This document shows, one piece after another, positions 36,854 to 49,245 of a stretch of DNA of 63,311 nt. The notes below the pieces were generated by a model. It was not told the DNA's origin. It ran no database searches and saw nothing but the letters and a program-made list of their open reading frames with translations. A program made the translations under genes and the position numbers. Numbering within the stretch: position 1 is the first letter of the stretch; every line of letters begins with the position of its first letter. The stretch lies in assembly GCF_001194135.2 (NCBI RefSeq), contig NC_068988.1:90164688-90227998 (forward strand). Reading direction: 5' to 3'. The DNA is from Octopus bimaculoides. Taxonomy: Eukaryota.

Positions 36854-38308
36854 CATATACATGTCTGTGCATGCGTGCGGCGTATGTGTGTGTGTGTATG
36901 TGTGTGTGTGTGTGTGTGCGTGCGTTTGTGTGAGTGCGTCCCATCGAGAACCTAATGTCACTGTATACCATGAAGTTTAAGTAAATTTATTAGGCGTCAA
37001 ACTCAAAACTTGTTGATTCTCCGTAACTCAGTAATGTAGCCATCTAACATGCTGGTTCATCTTTTTTACATTTTATTTTAAGCTGCTAGTCTTTCTAGTT
37101 TTTAATATTTTTATTTTGAAATTCTTACTGATATTCACCCTCGTAGTTTTTCATACCTAGAGTAATAATCTTTATTTTTGCTCGCTACAAGTTGAGTCAA
37201 ACTATTAAAATGCGATGAGGATTACTAGCACCAACTCTTTGACTCTTTTTTGTCTCCCTGTTTAAATAAACGCTTGCCATTTTCATCTGCCTATTTGAAC
37301 TAAAAGCAGAATAATCATTAGAGCTTGAAACTAGAATGGAATTGGCACACTCTGGTGACATTCACTTGGGTGCAGGCGATCAATTTAGCTGGGCCCTAAT
37401 TGAAATGGCGACCAAATGAATGTTCACTAATTGAGATGGCAACATATTGTCCGCGACTGAAATAATCCACAATAAATTAATCGGTAAAAAATTGCTCAGG
37501 CGTCATACATACAAGACATACAAACACACAAGCGTACAACCATACATGCGTACATACGTTTATACATTCATGTGTACATAAGCGTGTAAATGTGTGCTTG
37601 TGTAAATATATATGTGTGTGTGTGTGTGTGAATTAAATGCTCAAAGTAATATTAAAATAATCAAAACCTAAACAAACGTTGATACGCCATTTTGACATTT
37701 TAATTGTAGCAATGTCTTAAACGTGTCAGTCTCAATAGAAAAGGTTGGCCATGTTTTATAAAAAGTGATAAAGGATTTCCTTATGATATTAACGGATTCT
37801 TAAAATCAATTTACCATTCCATGTTAAAGCTGAACTAAAATATTTCCAATATTGACAGGAATTCATCGGATTGGCTTTTAAATCAAAACGTATTAAAAAC
37901 TATTTCAAGGTTTCAATACAAAAACAATTTACTGCAAACATACATATACTCACACATAGATACGTGCACATTACATGCACATAAAAATACGCTCATACGC
38001 ACTCTCACACATATACATACATGCATATACAAATATATCGAACATATTAATGAAAATATTTCACGTAAAAATACAAAAAATAAGAACTGCCATGTGTATT
38101 ATAATGAACTTTTAAAAATATAGCAATCAGAACATTCCTCTCACATGACAATATTTCATAATGTATCTGCCGTAAGAAATATGGAACAAGCGTTTTAGAA
38201 CTTGACTAGTCTATAGAGGAAATATGCTCTCTCATAACGTCCTGACATTAGCAGTAACCTCCGCAAAAATAACGATATTGATGGCTTTTTTTTTCTGTGT
38301 CATTACAG

Positions 38309-38360
38309 CAGAGATACACTTTGAATGATATATTGCAATATATATTACTTGCTGCTTTTG
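38309..38360 (+). CDS. Candidate 52-nt exon (unverified), QRYTLNDILQYILLAAF
   Basis: Acceptor ttttttttctgtgtcattacag, donor G|gtaaac, single open frame, phase 0 to 1. Confidence 0.2.
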
Positions 38361-38578
38361 GTAAACAAAACAAGCAAAAATACATATATCAACGGTCAGC
38401 TCGAAGGTGAAGAGGGGAGCACGCTACGAGTCGTGGGTGAATTCCTGTAGTAGTATTCATCGATCGCCCTCCATAACTGCCGAATGGGAATACATCAACA
38501 AAGGCCAGGTAGAAAGACACGATGCCTAAGATAGTATTGTTTTGTTTTGTTTCTCGAAATCTTGAAAAATAGACTTAC

Positions 38579-38672
38579 CTTAACTCAAAGAGCAGCATAC
38601 TCTGAATCCTTGACCATTACATCAGTCCACTTTTCAAAAGTTATACTTTTGAAATCCAGGATTAGGTGATAC
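38579..38672 (-). CDS. Candidate exon with stop (unverified), YHLILDFKSITFEKWTDVMVKDSEYAAL*
   Basis: Acceptor tttcatttgttcaacccgtgtcctgtag, donor AAG|gtaagt; TGA at 38587-38585. Confidence 0.3.
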
Positions 38673-38822
38673 CTACAGGACACGGGTTGAACAAATGAAA
38701 GAGTGAAGTCCTTGAACCCCCAATATATTCTCTTGAATATCGATACGTAACATTTCTGTGCAAGATGTTATGCATGTGACTAGCAGCTGTTCAAATTGTC
38801 AATAAATATCATTATTTTCTAG

Positions 38823-39040
38823 CGTGTTATGATGTTGTCATTGAAGCAACAGGTTATGTACCAATCCGCATGTATCGAAGTGTAACTTCAATACAAGCGA
38901 ATAGTCCCTATTTCTGTGAATATTGTCTTGAGTGTCGTTTCGAGATAAATAATACCCTGCACAAATGCAGAAAATATTTCTCTGTTGAATACACTTGGAG
39001 GTTCGTATTTGGATGGACCGTTCTTGTGGAAACTCTATAA
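38823..39040 (+). CDS. Candidate terminal exon (unverified), CYDVVIEATGYVPIRMY..VETL*
   Basis: Acceptor atcattattttctag and an open frame of about 72 codons. DVVI.ATGY resembles a flavoprotein motif, but the flanks do not fit. Confidence 0.18.
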
Positions 39041-39177
39041 GCAAACAGATCCATAAGTGACAAACCATAAGTGGAATTATAACTTACATGTAAAACATAA
39101 AATATAGCTGTAATATACACATACAGACATGTACCGATATGACACATACGAATACATATATACAGTTTCATAAGATA

Positions 39178-40400
39178 TTGGGTTGGCAAATAGGTTCCCA
39201 CCGTTTTATTAAATTTTGGAATTTATTGCGTTTTTAAATTTTGGACTCTATTTTTTTTTCGAGAATTCTATTTATGAATCATTTTGGATTCTATTTTTTT
39301 TTTTGTTTTTATTTTTTTCTAGTTAATTTTAGTTTATTTTTGTTTATTTTCAGATCATTAAAACGGAATGTCAAGTTAAGAAAAACGAGCATTTTCGACA
39401 CCTCCTTTTTCATTTTAATCAATGTTCTAAGGCCGCAAAAGCTGCTCGCCACATTTGTACTGTGTATGGAGAGGGTGCCATGGCTGAAAGAACCGCTCGT
39501 GATTAGTATACCAAGTTCCAAAATGGAAATTTTGACCTCAAAGACGCACCTCGTTCTGGCCGTCCAGTTGAATTTGATGAAGATCGATTAAACCAAATTT
39601 AACACGAAAATTCTCGTCAACCGACAAGGGAACTGGAAGAGAAAATGGATTGCTCCCATACTGCTATAGAGAAGCATGGGAAAGGTTCAGAAGTATGGAG
39701 CATGGGTTCCGCATGCTTTAAGTGACAACAACAAAAGTCAACGAGCCACAATCTCCGCTGGTCTGCTTGCTCGTCACCGCTCAACTTATGGACACAGGCA
39801 ACGATTTCTTTACCTAATCACTACTGGCGACTAAAAATGGTGCCTGTACATCAATATAAAGCAGCGTAAGTAATGGCTTAGCCCCGTTAAATAAGCGACA
39901 CCGCACGTGAAACAAGATCTTCATCCGCGTAAAACGATGTTGTGCGTATGGTGGAACTGGGAAGGGATTATCCATTACGAATTGCTTGAACAGAATCAAA
40001 CGGTAAACGTGGAACTCTATATTCAACAGACAGAACGACTCAACACGGCTATTCAAGAGAAAAGACCTAATCGGCAGCATGGAGTTCTTCTACTGCACGA
40101 CACGACCCGCCCTCATATCGCTAATATGACCAAGGAAGCNNNNNNNNNNNNNNNNNNNNNNNNNNNNNNNNNNNNNNNNNNNNNNNNNNNNNNNNNNNNN
40201 NNNNNNNNNNNNNNNNNNNNNNNNNNNNNNNNNNNNNNNNNNNNNNNNNNNNNNNNNNNNNNNNNNNNNNNNNNNNNNNNNNTTCGATCTCTCTCAAATG
40301 CTATGCGCGGAGATTCGTTCAATACTGATGCAGAACTGAGAGCTTGGTTGGAGCAATTTTTCCAGTCGAAATCGGGTGATTTCTTCCAACGAGGTTATAA
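39178..40400 (+). mobile_element. mariner transposon, near full length, decayed, 3' TIR missing
   Basis: TA then TIR TTGGGTTGGCAAA. Translation: NEHFRHLL..YGEGAMAERT..KFQNGNFDLKDAPRSGRP..WVPHALSD..ITTGD*KW..LHPRKTMLCVWWNWEGIIHYELL..LLHDTTRPH..(gap)..RSLSNAMRG..F. The third Asp falls in the N-gap. Confidence 0.92.
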
Positions 40401-40500
40401 TTATGTATATAATTATAAAATATTCTGTAAAATTTACTTATGAGGTTTTCATTTCCTCGCTGATCACCTGGTAAAATCATTAATGTTGTACTCTTTATTA

Positions 40501-40575
<75 letters not shown>

Positions 40576-40838
40576 TGTGTATGTATATATATATATATAT
40601 GTATAAAACCCCCAGAGACATGTATGAGTGTAAACATATACTTGAACCATAAAGATCTACAACTGAAACATCCAAACAATAACTGGCTTTGTCAAAAGAT
40701 ATATGTAGATGCTAACTCATTATTTATTCTTTTGCATATGTAAGACTGGAAATTAAATCAGGATAGATCTACAATAATTGCACACAAACACACATACATA
40801 CACAAAAATATACAAGTACATATACGTTTAAATAACTA

Positions 40839-41068
40839 CAGGTTTGACCAAAAGTCACCCGAGAGTAAATCAAAATCTCATAATTATTGTCTTTAATTCT
40901 GTGTTGACTCGAATGGAAAAATGTGTCGCTCCAGGACTTCAGCTTGAACAATTTCCCTGGTGTTTCATATTTAGATGATTTTATTAAATTCATTCAATTT
41001 TTAAACATAAATAAATCTTGCAATTAAATGGTTTTGATTTACTGTCAAGTGACTTTAGGCCAACCCTG
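40839..41068. mobile_element. 230-bp Tc1/mariner-type MITE
   Basis: TA on both flanks (40837-38, 41069-70). TIRs of ~37 bp: CAGGTTTGACCAAAAGTCACCCGAGAGTAAATCAAAA vs CAGGGTTGGCCTAAAGTCACTTGACAGTAAATCAAAA. Confidence 0.78.
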
Positions 41069-41174
41069 TATACATAAGTATGTAAGAAAATTTTGTTTAT
41101 GTTCACTGAAGCCATCACTCCATAAAGACATTTTGTCATGTGCCAGGCAAAATACACTGTTACACTGCACTTAC

Positions 41175-41217
41175 ATCGTAAACACTAAGACCCCGCACAC
41201 AGAATTCATATAAAAAG
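41175..41217 (-). CDS. Candidate 43-nt exon (unverified), (S)FYMNSVCGVLVFT or FLYEFCVRGLSVYD
   Basis: Acceptor gttttaatttgtttttccag, donor gtaagt. Confidence 0.3.
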
Positions 41218-41441
41218 CTGGAAAAACAAATTAAAACAATTATTTTCGTACGTACATACATACATACATACATACATACAATCTGAACATATACACACAT
41301 ACAAAAATACGTTGTTGTTGATGTTGGAATTATAATGAAGGAAACTTGGATCTAGGTTAGAAAGCGACTCTTTCTCTATTGGCAAGGGATCTTGAAATAA
41401 AACTGAACAATGACATACGTACACACACATGCACATGCATT

Positions 41442-41493
<52 letters not shown>

Positions 41494-41769
41494 TGTGTGC
41501 GTGTGTGTGCGTGTGTGTATATGTGTGTGTGTGTGTGTCTGTGTGAGTGTGTGTGTGATGGACACAACACACCACCCGGATATCGATCCTGACTGTGATC
41601 AACCGATCGGGCTTGCACGTGCATACATTCACACAGTAATATCAATTTCCCAATGCAATTTTGCAAAAGTTTTATCTTCTGAATGATACCAGCCTATGGC
41701 GAGGCGAACAGGCCAGCTTCCCCGCTGGTGGTAAGACTGGTCAGTCACAAGGTTAGCCATTTATATAGG

Positions 41770-41880
41770 AGTGGAAGTGTTTTGATCAAGAACACATAAC
41801 GCCGCTCGTACCGGGAACCGAACCCACGATCGCAAATCATGAACGTCGCACGGCGCACCATAACAGCTAGACCACACGCC
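41770..41880 (-). mobile_element. CORE-type SINE head (second subfamily)
   Basis: AAGTGTTTTGATCAAGAACACATAACGCC..GAACCCACGATCGCAAATCATGA..CTAGACCAC. Confidence 0.55.
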
Positions 41881-42404
41881 TTCGAATACACCCAAAACAC
41901 ATACACACACAATCACATACACACACAACGACATACACATATACGTCTGCATATAAATATGTACGTTTATACATAAATATGTGTATTTTGTTCTTGACAC
42001 CTGCGAATACATAAATAAATGTTAGCAAATATGTGTGTGTGTAGATGTGTGTATGTGTGTGTGAGTGCGTGTGTCTGTGCGCGCGTGTATATATGTGTAT
42101 GTGTATGTGAGAGAGTGAAAGAGAAAGAGAGAGTGAGAGAGAGAGAGTATGTGTACGTCTTCGTCTGTTTTCTGATTTGGGGAGGTATGTATATGTATAT
42201 TCAAGAAAAGAAAGCTGAAAAGTGATTCGGCGTTCATACCTTTTTTTTTCCATCTGATAATGCGATGTTTATCTTCAACGATAGAAAGTGAGAACATATG
42301 AAACAGAAGCATGCTCACATACACACATAAAATATACCCACATATACACACACACACATTAAATATACCTACATACATGTACACATACATATACACGTAT
42401 ATGG

Positions 42405-42448
<44 letters not shown>

Positions 42449-43144
42449 CAACTGTGTTTCTGTGAGTGTTTATCAAACGGTTGCAGGATGAAGGGATGGA
42501 GGACAACAAAAGTAGTCTCAAGTGAAATTCCCCTAAAACTGATTAAAACTGTCAATTGCCAAATAGATGGCATGATTAAGTTGTATTGATTGTTGTGCTA
42601 TTGATTGCATCGATGAATGGGTTGCGAAGGTTGTGTACCATCTAATTGTGGTGGTGTTAGTAGTAGAGGTAACAGAGACGCTGGTGGTGGTGTCGGGGTT
42701 TGTGTTGGTGGTAGTGAAGATAAACGAAGAAAAGTACAGGCTGAATGCTACTGTATATATATATATATNNNNNNNNNNNNNNNNNNNNNNNNNNNNNNNN
42801 NNNNNNNNNNNNNNNNNNNNNNNNNNNNNNNNNNNNNNNNNNNNNNNNNNNNNNNNNNNNNNNNNNNNNNNNNNNNNNNNNNNNNNNNNNNNNNNNNNNN
42901 NNNNNNNNNNNNNNNNNNNNNNNNNNNNNNNNNNNNNNNNNNNNNNNNNNNNNNNNNNNNNNNNNNNNNNNNNNNNNNNNNNNNNNNNNNNNNNNNNNNN
43001 NNNNNNNNNNNNNNNNNNNNNNNNNNNNNNNNNNNNNNNNNNNNNNNNNNNNNNNNNNNNNNNNNNNNNNNNNNNNNNNNNNNNNNNNNNNNNNNNNNNN
43101 NNNNNNNNNNNNNNNNNNNNNNNNNNNNNNNNNNNNNNNNNNNN

Positions 43145-43186
<42 letters not shown>

Positions 43187-43576
43187 GGGGAGGGGGAGGA
43201 AACGAGAGAGAATGTGTACTGATACAGTGAGACGCCGTTCTGAATCTCTGCCATTTAGAAAGACGACTTAACAAAATTTTGCCTTTTATGCTTCCAAGCC
43301 TTTCTTAATGGCTTTTAATTTCCTGTGTTTACATCGCTCACACTGCACACGTATACACGAACAAAGCTGCAAAAACACGCAGAAAACACAGATAGAAACA
43401 GAAACACTCTACTACACATATATAATGAATTATAGACTCAGATAACTTTATACAAATACACACATGTTTGTGTGTATACGAAAGTAGGTACAAATAAACA
43501 CACTCACACGCATAGATATCTATGTGCGTGTGCATGTGGCCATGGTTGTATATATGTGTGTGTGTGTATGTATGTG

Positions 43577-43608
<32 letters not shown>

Positions 43609-44027
43609 TATATGTATATGTATATATGTACATCCGTATGTATGTGCATATACATGCATATATGTATTTTAGGGAAGGAGATTTCGTTCTAGCTATTTGT
43701 GAAGGATTTACGGTAGGGAGACAGATAGAAAGAGATACAAAGAGATACATACAGGTAGACAAATCGATTTAGNNNNNNNNNNNNNNNNNNNNNNNNNNNN
43801 NNNNNNNNNNNNNNNNNNNNNNNNNNNNNNNNNNNNNNNNNNNNNNNNNNNNNNNNNNNNNNNNNNNNNNNNNNNNNNNNNNNNNNNNNNNNNNNNNNNN
43901 NNNNNNNNNNNNNNNNNNNNNNNNNNNNNNNNNNNNNNNNNNNNNNNNNNNNNNNNNNNNNNNNNNNNNNNNNNNNNNNNNNNNNNNNNNNNNNNNNNNN
44001 NNNNNNNNNNTATATATATATATATAT

Positions 44028-44028
<1 letters not shown>

Positions 44029-44104
<76 letters not shown>
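44029..44104. repeat. (GATA)n array at the 3' end of the CR1-like LINE
   Basis: Directly visible. Confidence 0.95.
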
Positions 44105-44105
<1 letters not shown>

Positions 44106-45727
44106 CAGGATTCGGACACCATGGCCCACTCAAATAGAGAGTTATTGTTTACGGCGACATATCCGGGTGTAAGAGGTTTATCCGGGATTTCTTGACGGAG
44201 TTTGTCCGAAGACTTCTTGAACTTTATGCGCTTTGTTTCTATTTTAATGTGTTTCGATGTAATTTTAAAGAGAGCTGGGCCAATTGAGGTGAAATAATTG
44301 TACCGTATTGTTGTTATGAGATGCGAATGTGATTTATGTTGTGGACTGATAGCATGGGGCCCAATCCTTGGATGTAATTCAAAGATGATGCTAGCATTAT
44401 TTGGGCAATACTAAAGGAATATTTCCCACATCATGCAGATGGTGTAACGCTTACGGAGACGTTGAAGAGGATAAAACTTGAGCTTTTCTAGTCGACCTCA
44501 ATAGTCAAGGTCTGTTTTGTCATCTATCTCTTTTGTAATTGACCTTTGAGGTGCTTCAACTTTCATGACGCTTTATTTCGTGTGGGGAGACTACAGTGGA
44601 CAACAGTATTGAAGGTGGGGTCGGGCAAAAGTGGAGAAGAGAAGGATAATGGTGTGGATATCTCTCGACTTGAAAGCTCTGAGAATCTAGGGGAAAATTC
44701 TGTGGATCATGTCGACTTTGCTTTTTTTGTGAGCATCCCAGCTTATGTTGTTGTCTACAATTACTCCCAAGTCTTTTATATTGTAGGATTCCATGAGAGT
44801 GTCACCAGAAGGAAATAACCATGGGAGTTTTACGATATCCCCTTTTCAAAGTGGATTAACTCAAATTTGTCCTCGTTGAGCAGCATATTTTTCTTTTCAA
44901 CCATTGTATAACAGCCTGTAGATCAGACTGAACGCATGTCCGGTTACCTACTTCATTGATGGCTTTCTGAAGCTTGGAATCATCTGCAAAGATTCCGATG
45001 TTGCTGTGCTTGATAATATGATTAATATAGATGATGAAAACAAGTAGTCCCAACGCAGTGCCTTGTGAAACACCACTACTGAATTTGGCTGCCCTTGATT
45101 TTATTCCTTCGGCTACAACGTGATGGGTTCTGTCTGTTAGGAAACAGTTGATTCATTGTAGTAAGTTTCCATAAACACTAATGTTGGACAGTTTTTCCAC
45201 TAGAATCTTGTTTCCCCTCTTGAAAACCAGAACATCAGACTGGGACAGAAAGATTTTAGAAATAAATCCAATAGGTTCCTCCACAGATTACCGAGAGGAG
45301 ATCCAAGCTGAAGGTGGTACACCTTCAAGACAGAAGCACATACACACATACACAAACAGGTCACATCGGGGCCTGGTGCTAAATTATGCTTAATTTCGTT
45401 TATTGTCGCTAACACAACAGGCGTGCCAAACGTTATGTCTGATATAGTGTGTTCGGTGGGTGGACATCACTGATACGGCTCAGATCGCCCATATCAGGCT
45501 GGCTGAAGACAGAGCAGTAACGTTTTTGCAGTATCTCATTCAAAGACTTGGCATTATCTTGGAGAATGCCATTTTCATCAATTAGGGGGCCAACAGTGGA
45601 GACAGTGACCGTTTGTTTTTTCGCAAAAGAGAACATTTTGGGGTTGAATATGATTTTCTCAATGGCCCATTCTTCCTCAGCTGTTCTTTGGTTATTGATG
45701 ATGGTCTTCATGAGTTGTTGGAGGTTA
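44105..45727 (-). mobile_element. CR1-like LINE ORF2 3' part, 5'-truncated, internally deleted
   Basis: NPKMFSFAKK..VGPLIDENG..EILQKRYCSVF, INEIKHNLAPGPD, KILVEKLSN..GNLL, SGVSQGTALGLLVFIIYIN, IFADDSKL, QSDLQAVIQW. Confidence 0.85.
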
Positions 45728-45730
45728 TAT

Positions 45731-45833
45731 ATAGACAGACAGACAGACGGACGGACAGACAGATGGACAGACAGACAAATAGATAGACAGACAGATAGAT
45801 AGATAGATAGATAGATTGATAGATAGATAGATT

Positions 45834-45880
<47 letters not shown>
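45731..45880. repeat. (GACA)n(GATA)n array at the 5' truncation of the CR1-like LINE
   Basis: Directly visible. Confidence 0.95.
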
Positions 45881-45881
<1 letters not shown>

Positions 45882-46127
45882 TGCGTACATATATATATAG
45901 ATATATATATATATACACACACACTCTTATATATATATATATATATATATATAATTCTATATCTGCGTACATGCACACTGGTACATATACAAAAGCCTGT
46001 TTGTGTATGTGCATGCATAATTATGTATTCGTGTAACCAATTATGCATCAAGTTATGTCTATACTCTGCTCGAATATACAAGAGAGACAGGTAAAGTTTT
46101 CACCTACATCTAAGAATTTACACTTAC

Positions 46128-46160
46128 ATATATATAGGTGATATTCTTCGCGTGTATTAT
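46128..46160 (-). CDS. Candidate 33-nt exon (unverified), (D)NTREEYHLYI
   Basis: Acceptor tatgtccctgtgactgtag, donor gtaagt. Confidence 0.25.
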
Positions 46161-47021
46161 CTACAGTCACAGGGACATATTGAAGCGCACATACAAACAC
46201 ACACACACGCACAAACACACACACAATCCCCCACAATTTGAAACAAATTTGAAACAACATCATAAGAAGCACGCATGATGTACACATATAAAGCATTCAA
46301 TACATTAACACATTTACATGAAGTTACGTATTCCTCAACGTATTTTTAAAATAACAGTCCACAATGGTTTGAGCTAAATACAACTGGTTATTAACACGTA
46401 AATTGAATAAAAACAGAACACAAATATCAGTCTAGTTGCAGACAGAATGATAGAAATATAAGTAATTGAATAAACGAGAGATGGAAAGCAGCAGAATTAC
46501 TATGCATAGTCAAGGATACAAAAATTATTAGGAATACCTTATTGATGTACATAACGCTTATACTTTTTAATGCAAAAGCTATACGTTTTCTACATACATA
46601 AATACATACATACATACATATTTTTATAGACAGACAGATAGATGTGTACATACATATATACATACATACACACATACATACCTATATTTATATACATGCA
46701 TAAATATACGTAAATGTAAATACGCATATCCATNNNNNNNNNNCATGCATAAATATACGTAAATGTAAATACGCATATCCATACATATATACGTTTACTT
46801 ACCTGTATACATATATATATATGTATATATACATATGTATGCGTATGTATATGTACACATAAATACATATATATTTATATATACACACACATATAGAATA
46901 TACATATACACACATACATACACACATACATGCATATATACATACATATATTTATATACATGCATACATATACATAAATGTACACACACATATCCATACA
47001 TATATACGTTTACTTACCTGT

Positions 47022-47081
<60 letters not shown>

Positions 47082-48310
47082 TACACACACATATATATAT
47101 GTGTATGTATATATACACATATATATTTATATATACACACACATATATTCATATTGATATGAATATACATAAGGCACGTCAGTGTTTATAGATCATATCG
47201 GAAATGAAAGAAAACACAAATATTCCTTATCAGCCGCCATTTTGTTTCCTCCATTTCCTAATAGATTTTCTTTTCTTGACCTCAAATTGCTCGCAAAAGA
47301 CTCTGAAAGTCATTGCAAAGAAATAAACTAATTGGAATGAACGATAATAAGATTCTTTAACGAAACATTACCCTAAGAGCCTTCTCTAACTTATGCACTC
47401 TATTAGCGAGCCCTTCAATTCTAATTTCACACATTCACCTTAGCTCTTACATGATTTTTCTGGTCGTAGATCGATAGAATAATTGCACTTATTTTATATA
47501 TTAGAATCGAGTTGATTGATTTTATCCTATCTCTCCATTTATCTCACAATTACTGGATTCGAAGAATTCCTCATCTTCCTCCCATCCCTTTCATCGTAAA
47601 TGTTATCCTCGTGTTTCTTATCTATTGGATCCAATGTTTCCCGTAACATCACTCCCTCTTCCGATAATTGCCCTTTCACTTCAATACAACACACGGTAAT
47701 CACTCCACCGTACCCAGGATCCGGTTAGATCTCCCACATTCTTTCTTCTCCAGATAAATGGCCCACTGATATCTCATCATTTATAATGCTACTCAAATAT
47801 ATCTCTCCTTTCTATATTAACATTCCTTACGCAACTTCAACCTTTTCTTTTCAAACAACCGAAGTATATATTCTGCTCTGCATGATCTATCTCCAGCAAA
47901 TGAAGCATAGCATTTATCCTTTACTGCTTCAATAGAAATCCAACCGACTCCGTTCCTTCGTATTATGTTCCGGGTTCAGTTACCATGAAACAATAATTGT
48001 TGAAATCCTTTGTTATTATCCTTCAACCATAACTACGAAATCACCGGCTCCTCTCACGTTGCTCCAACCCACTATCGGCTAATCCTATATAAATGAAGTT
48101 TCTTATCTGAGATATATCAACTTTAACTTCCAAACTATTCCCGCATTCTCAATCATCTCTCCAAAAATCTGCTGCCATCTGAAATTTCTGCAATGCGCAG
48201 CATTTTGTTATTGTTGTTGTAAAGGTTTCACCCAAGGTCGGTCTGATCTAATAAGTGATCATACTTGAAGGCACAGCAACGATACTTATCCTGTTTTTTC
48301 TCTCAACGTA

Positions 48311-48480
48311 CGAGGTGGTACCAAAAAGTTCCCGAACTAATTATTTTTAATATAAAAATCTTATGTACCTAAGTGTTAACATCCTCTCCTTCGAAATTGT
48401 CATCTTGCGCAACTATACACCCATCCCAGCGTTCCTGAATTTTTGGTATACGGCCTGGAAGTTGCTTAACGTACCAAGTT
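48311..48480 (+). mobile_element. mariner-like terminal fragment
   Basis: TA followed by CGAGGTGGTACCAAAAAGTTCCCG, resembling TACGAGG-type mariner TIRs. No transposase seen. Confidence 0.45.
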
Positions 48481-48743
48481 TAGCTCGATATCAACAACTA
48501 CCTCAGTAGATAGGCAGCCCCATAATGGAGGCAACATCATGATATCTTCTATAAAATATCTTTACAGTTCTTTATATCGTCTCTATTCAAAATTTCTATT
48601 TAAAAACTTTAAATAACATTGTTGTAAATGTAACTAGTGTTTTCTTCAATCTGACATGATTTCAATTTTTATATAGTGAAACTTGTGCCGATACTTAGGA
48701 ATAAGAATCACACAGACAGGAAATAAGTGAATAGAAATAATAC

Positions 48744-49197
48744 GGCGAGCTGGCAGAACCGTTAGCATGCCGGACGAAATGCTTAGCGGTATTTCGTCTG
48801 CCGCTACGCTCTGAGTTCAAATTCCGCCGAGGTTGACTTTGCTTTTCACCCTTTCGGGGTCGATTAAATAAGTACCAGTGACGCACTGGGATCGATATAA
48901 TCAACTTAATCCCTTTGTCTGTCCTTGATTGTCCCCTCTATGTTTAGCCCCCTGGTGGGCAATAAAGAAATAAGAAACGTTAGCACGCCGGGCGTCATGC
49001 TTACCGGTATTTCGTCTGCCGCTACGCTCTGAGTTCAAATTCCGCTGAGGTCTACTTTGCCTTTCATCCTTTCGGGGTCGATTAAATAAGTAACAATTAC
49101 GCACTGGGGTCGATGTAATCGACTTAATCCGTTTGTCTGTCCTTGTTTGTCCCCTCTGTGTGTAGCCCCAGTGTGGGCAGTAAAGATATAAGAAATA
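48744..49197 (+). mobile_element. Head-to-tail dimer of family A SINE (period ~218 bp)
   Basis: Two copies about 88% identical by eye; the second lacks GGCGAGCTGGC. Flanked by AGAAATAATAC / AGAAATATTAC. Confidence 0.88.
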
Positions 49198-49245
49198 TTA
49201 CGTCTCGCTTCGTGTTTTTCCTGCATACAGGGTCCGAGTAATTAC

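Noticed and set aside
46695-46782. Exact 39-bp direct repeat
   Set aside because: The two copies sit on either side of a 10-N gap, the usual sign of an unmerged contig overlap.
48744-48830. tRNA gene
   Set aside because: A/B-box-like motifs belong to a multi-copy SINE head; no complete cloverleaf or anticodon arm.
5253-49197. CRISPR-like repeat-spacer arrays
   Set aside because: Recurrent motifs are dispersed SINEs or tandem duplications without unique, regular spacers; eukaryotic context with no cas genes.
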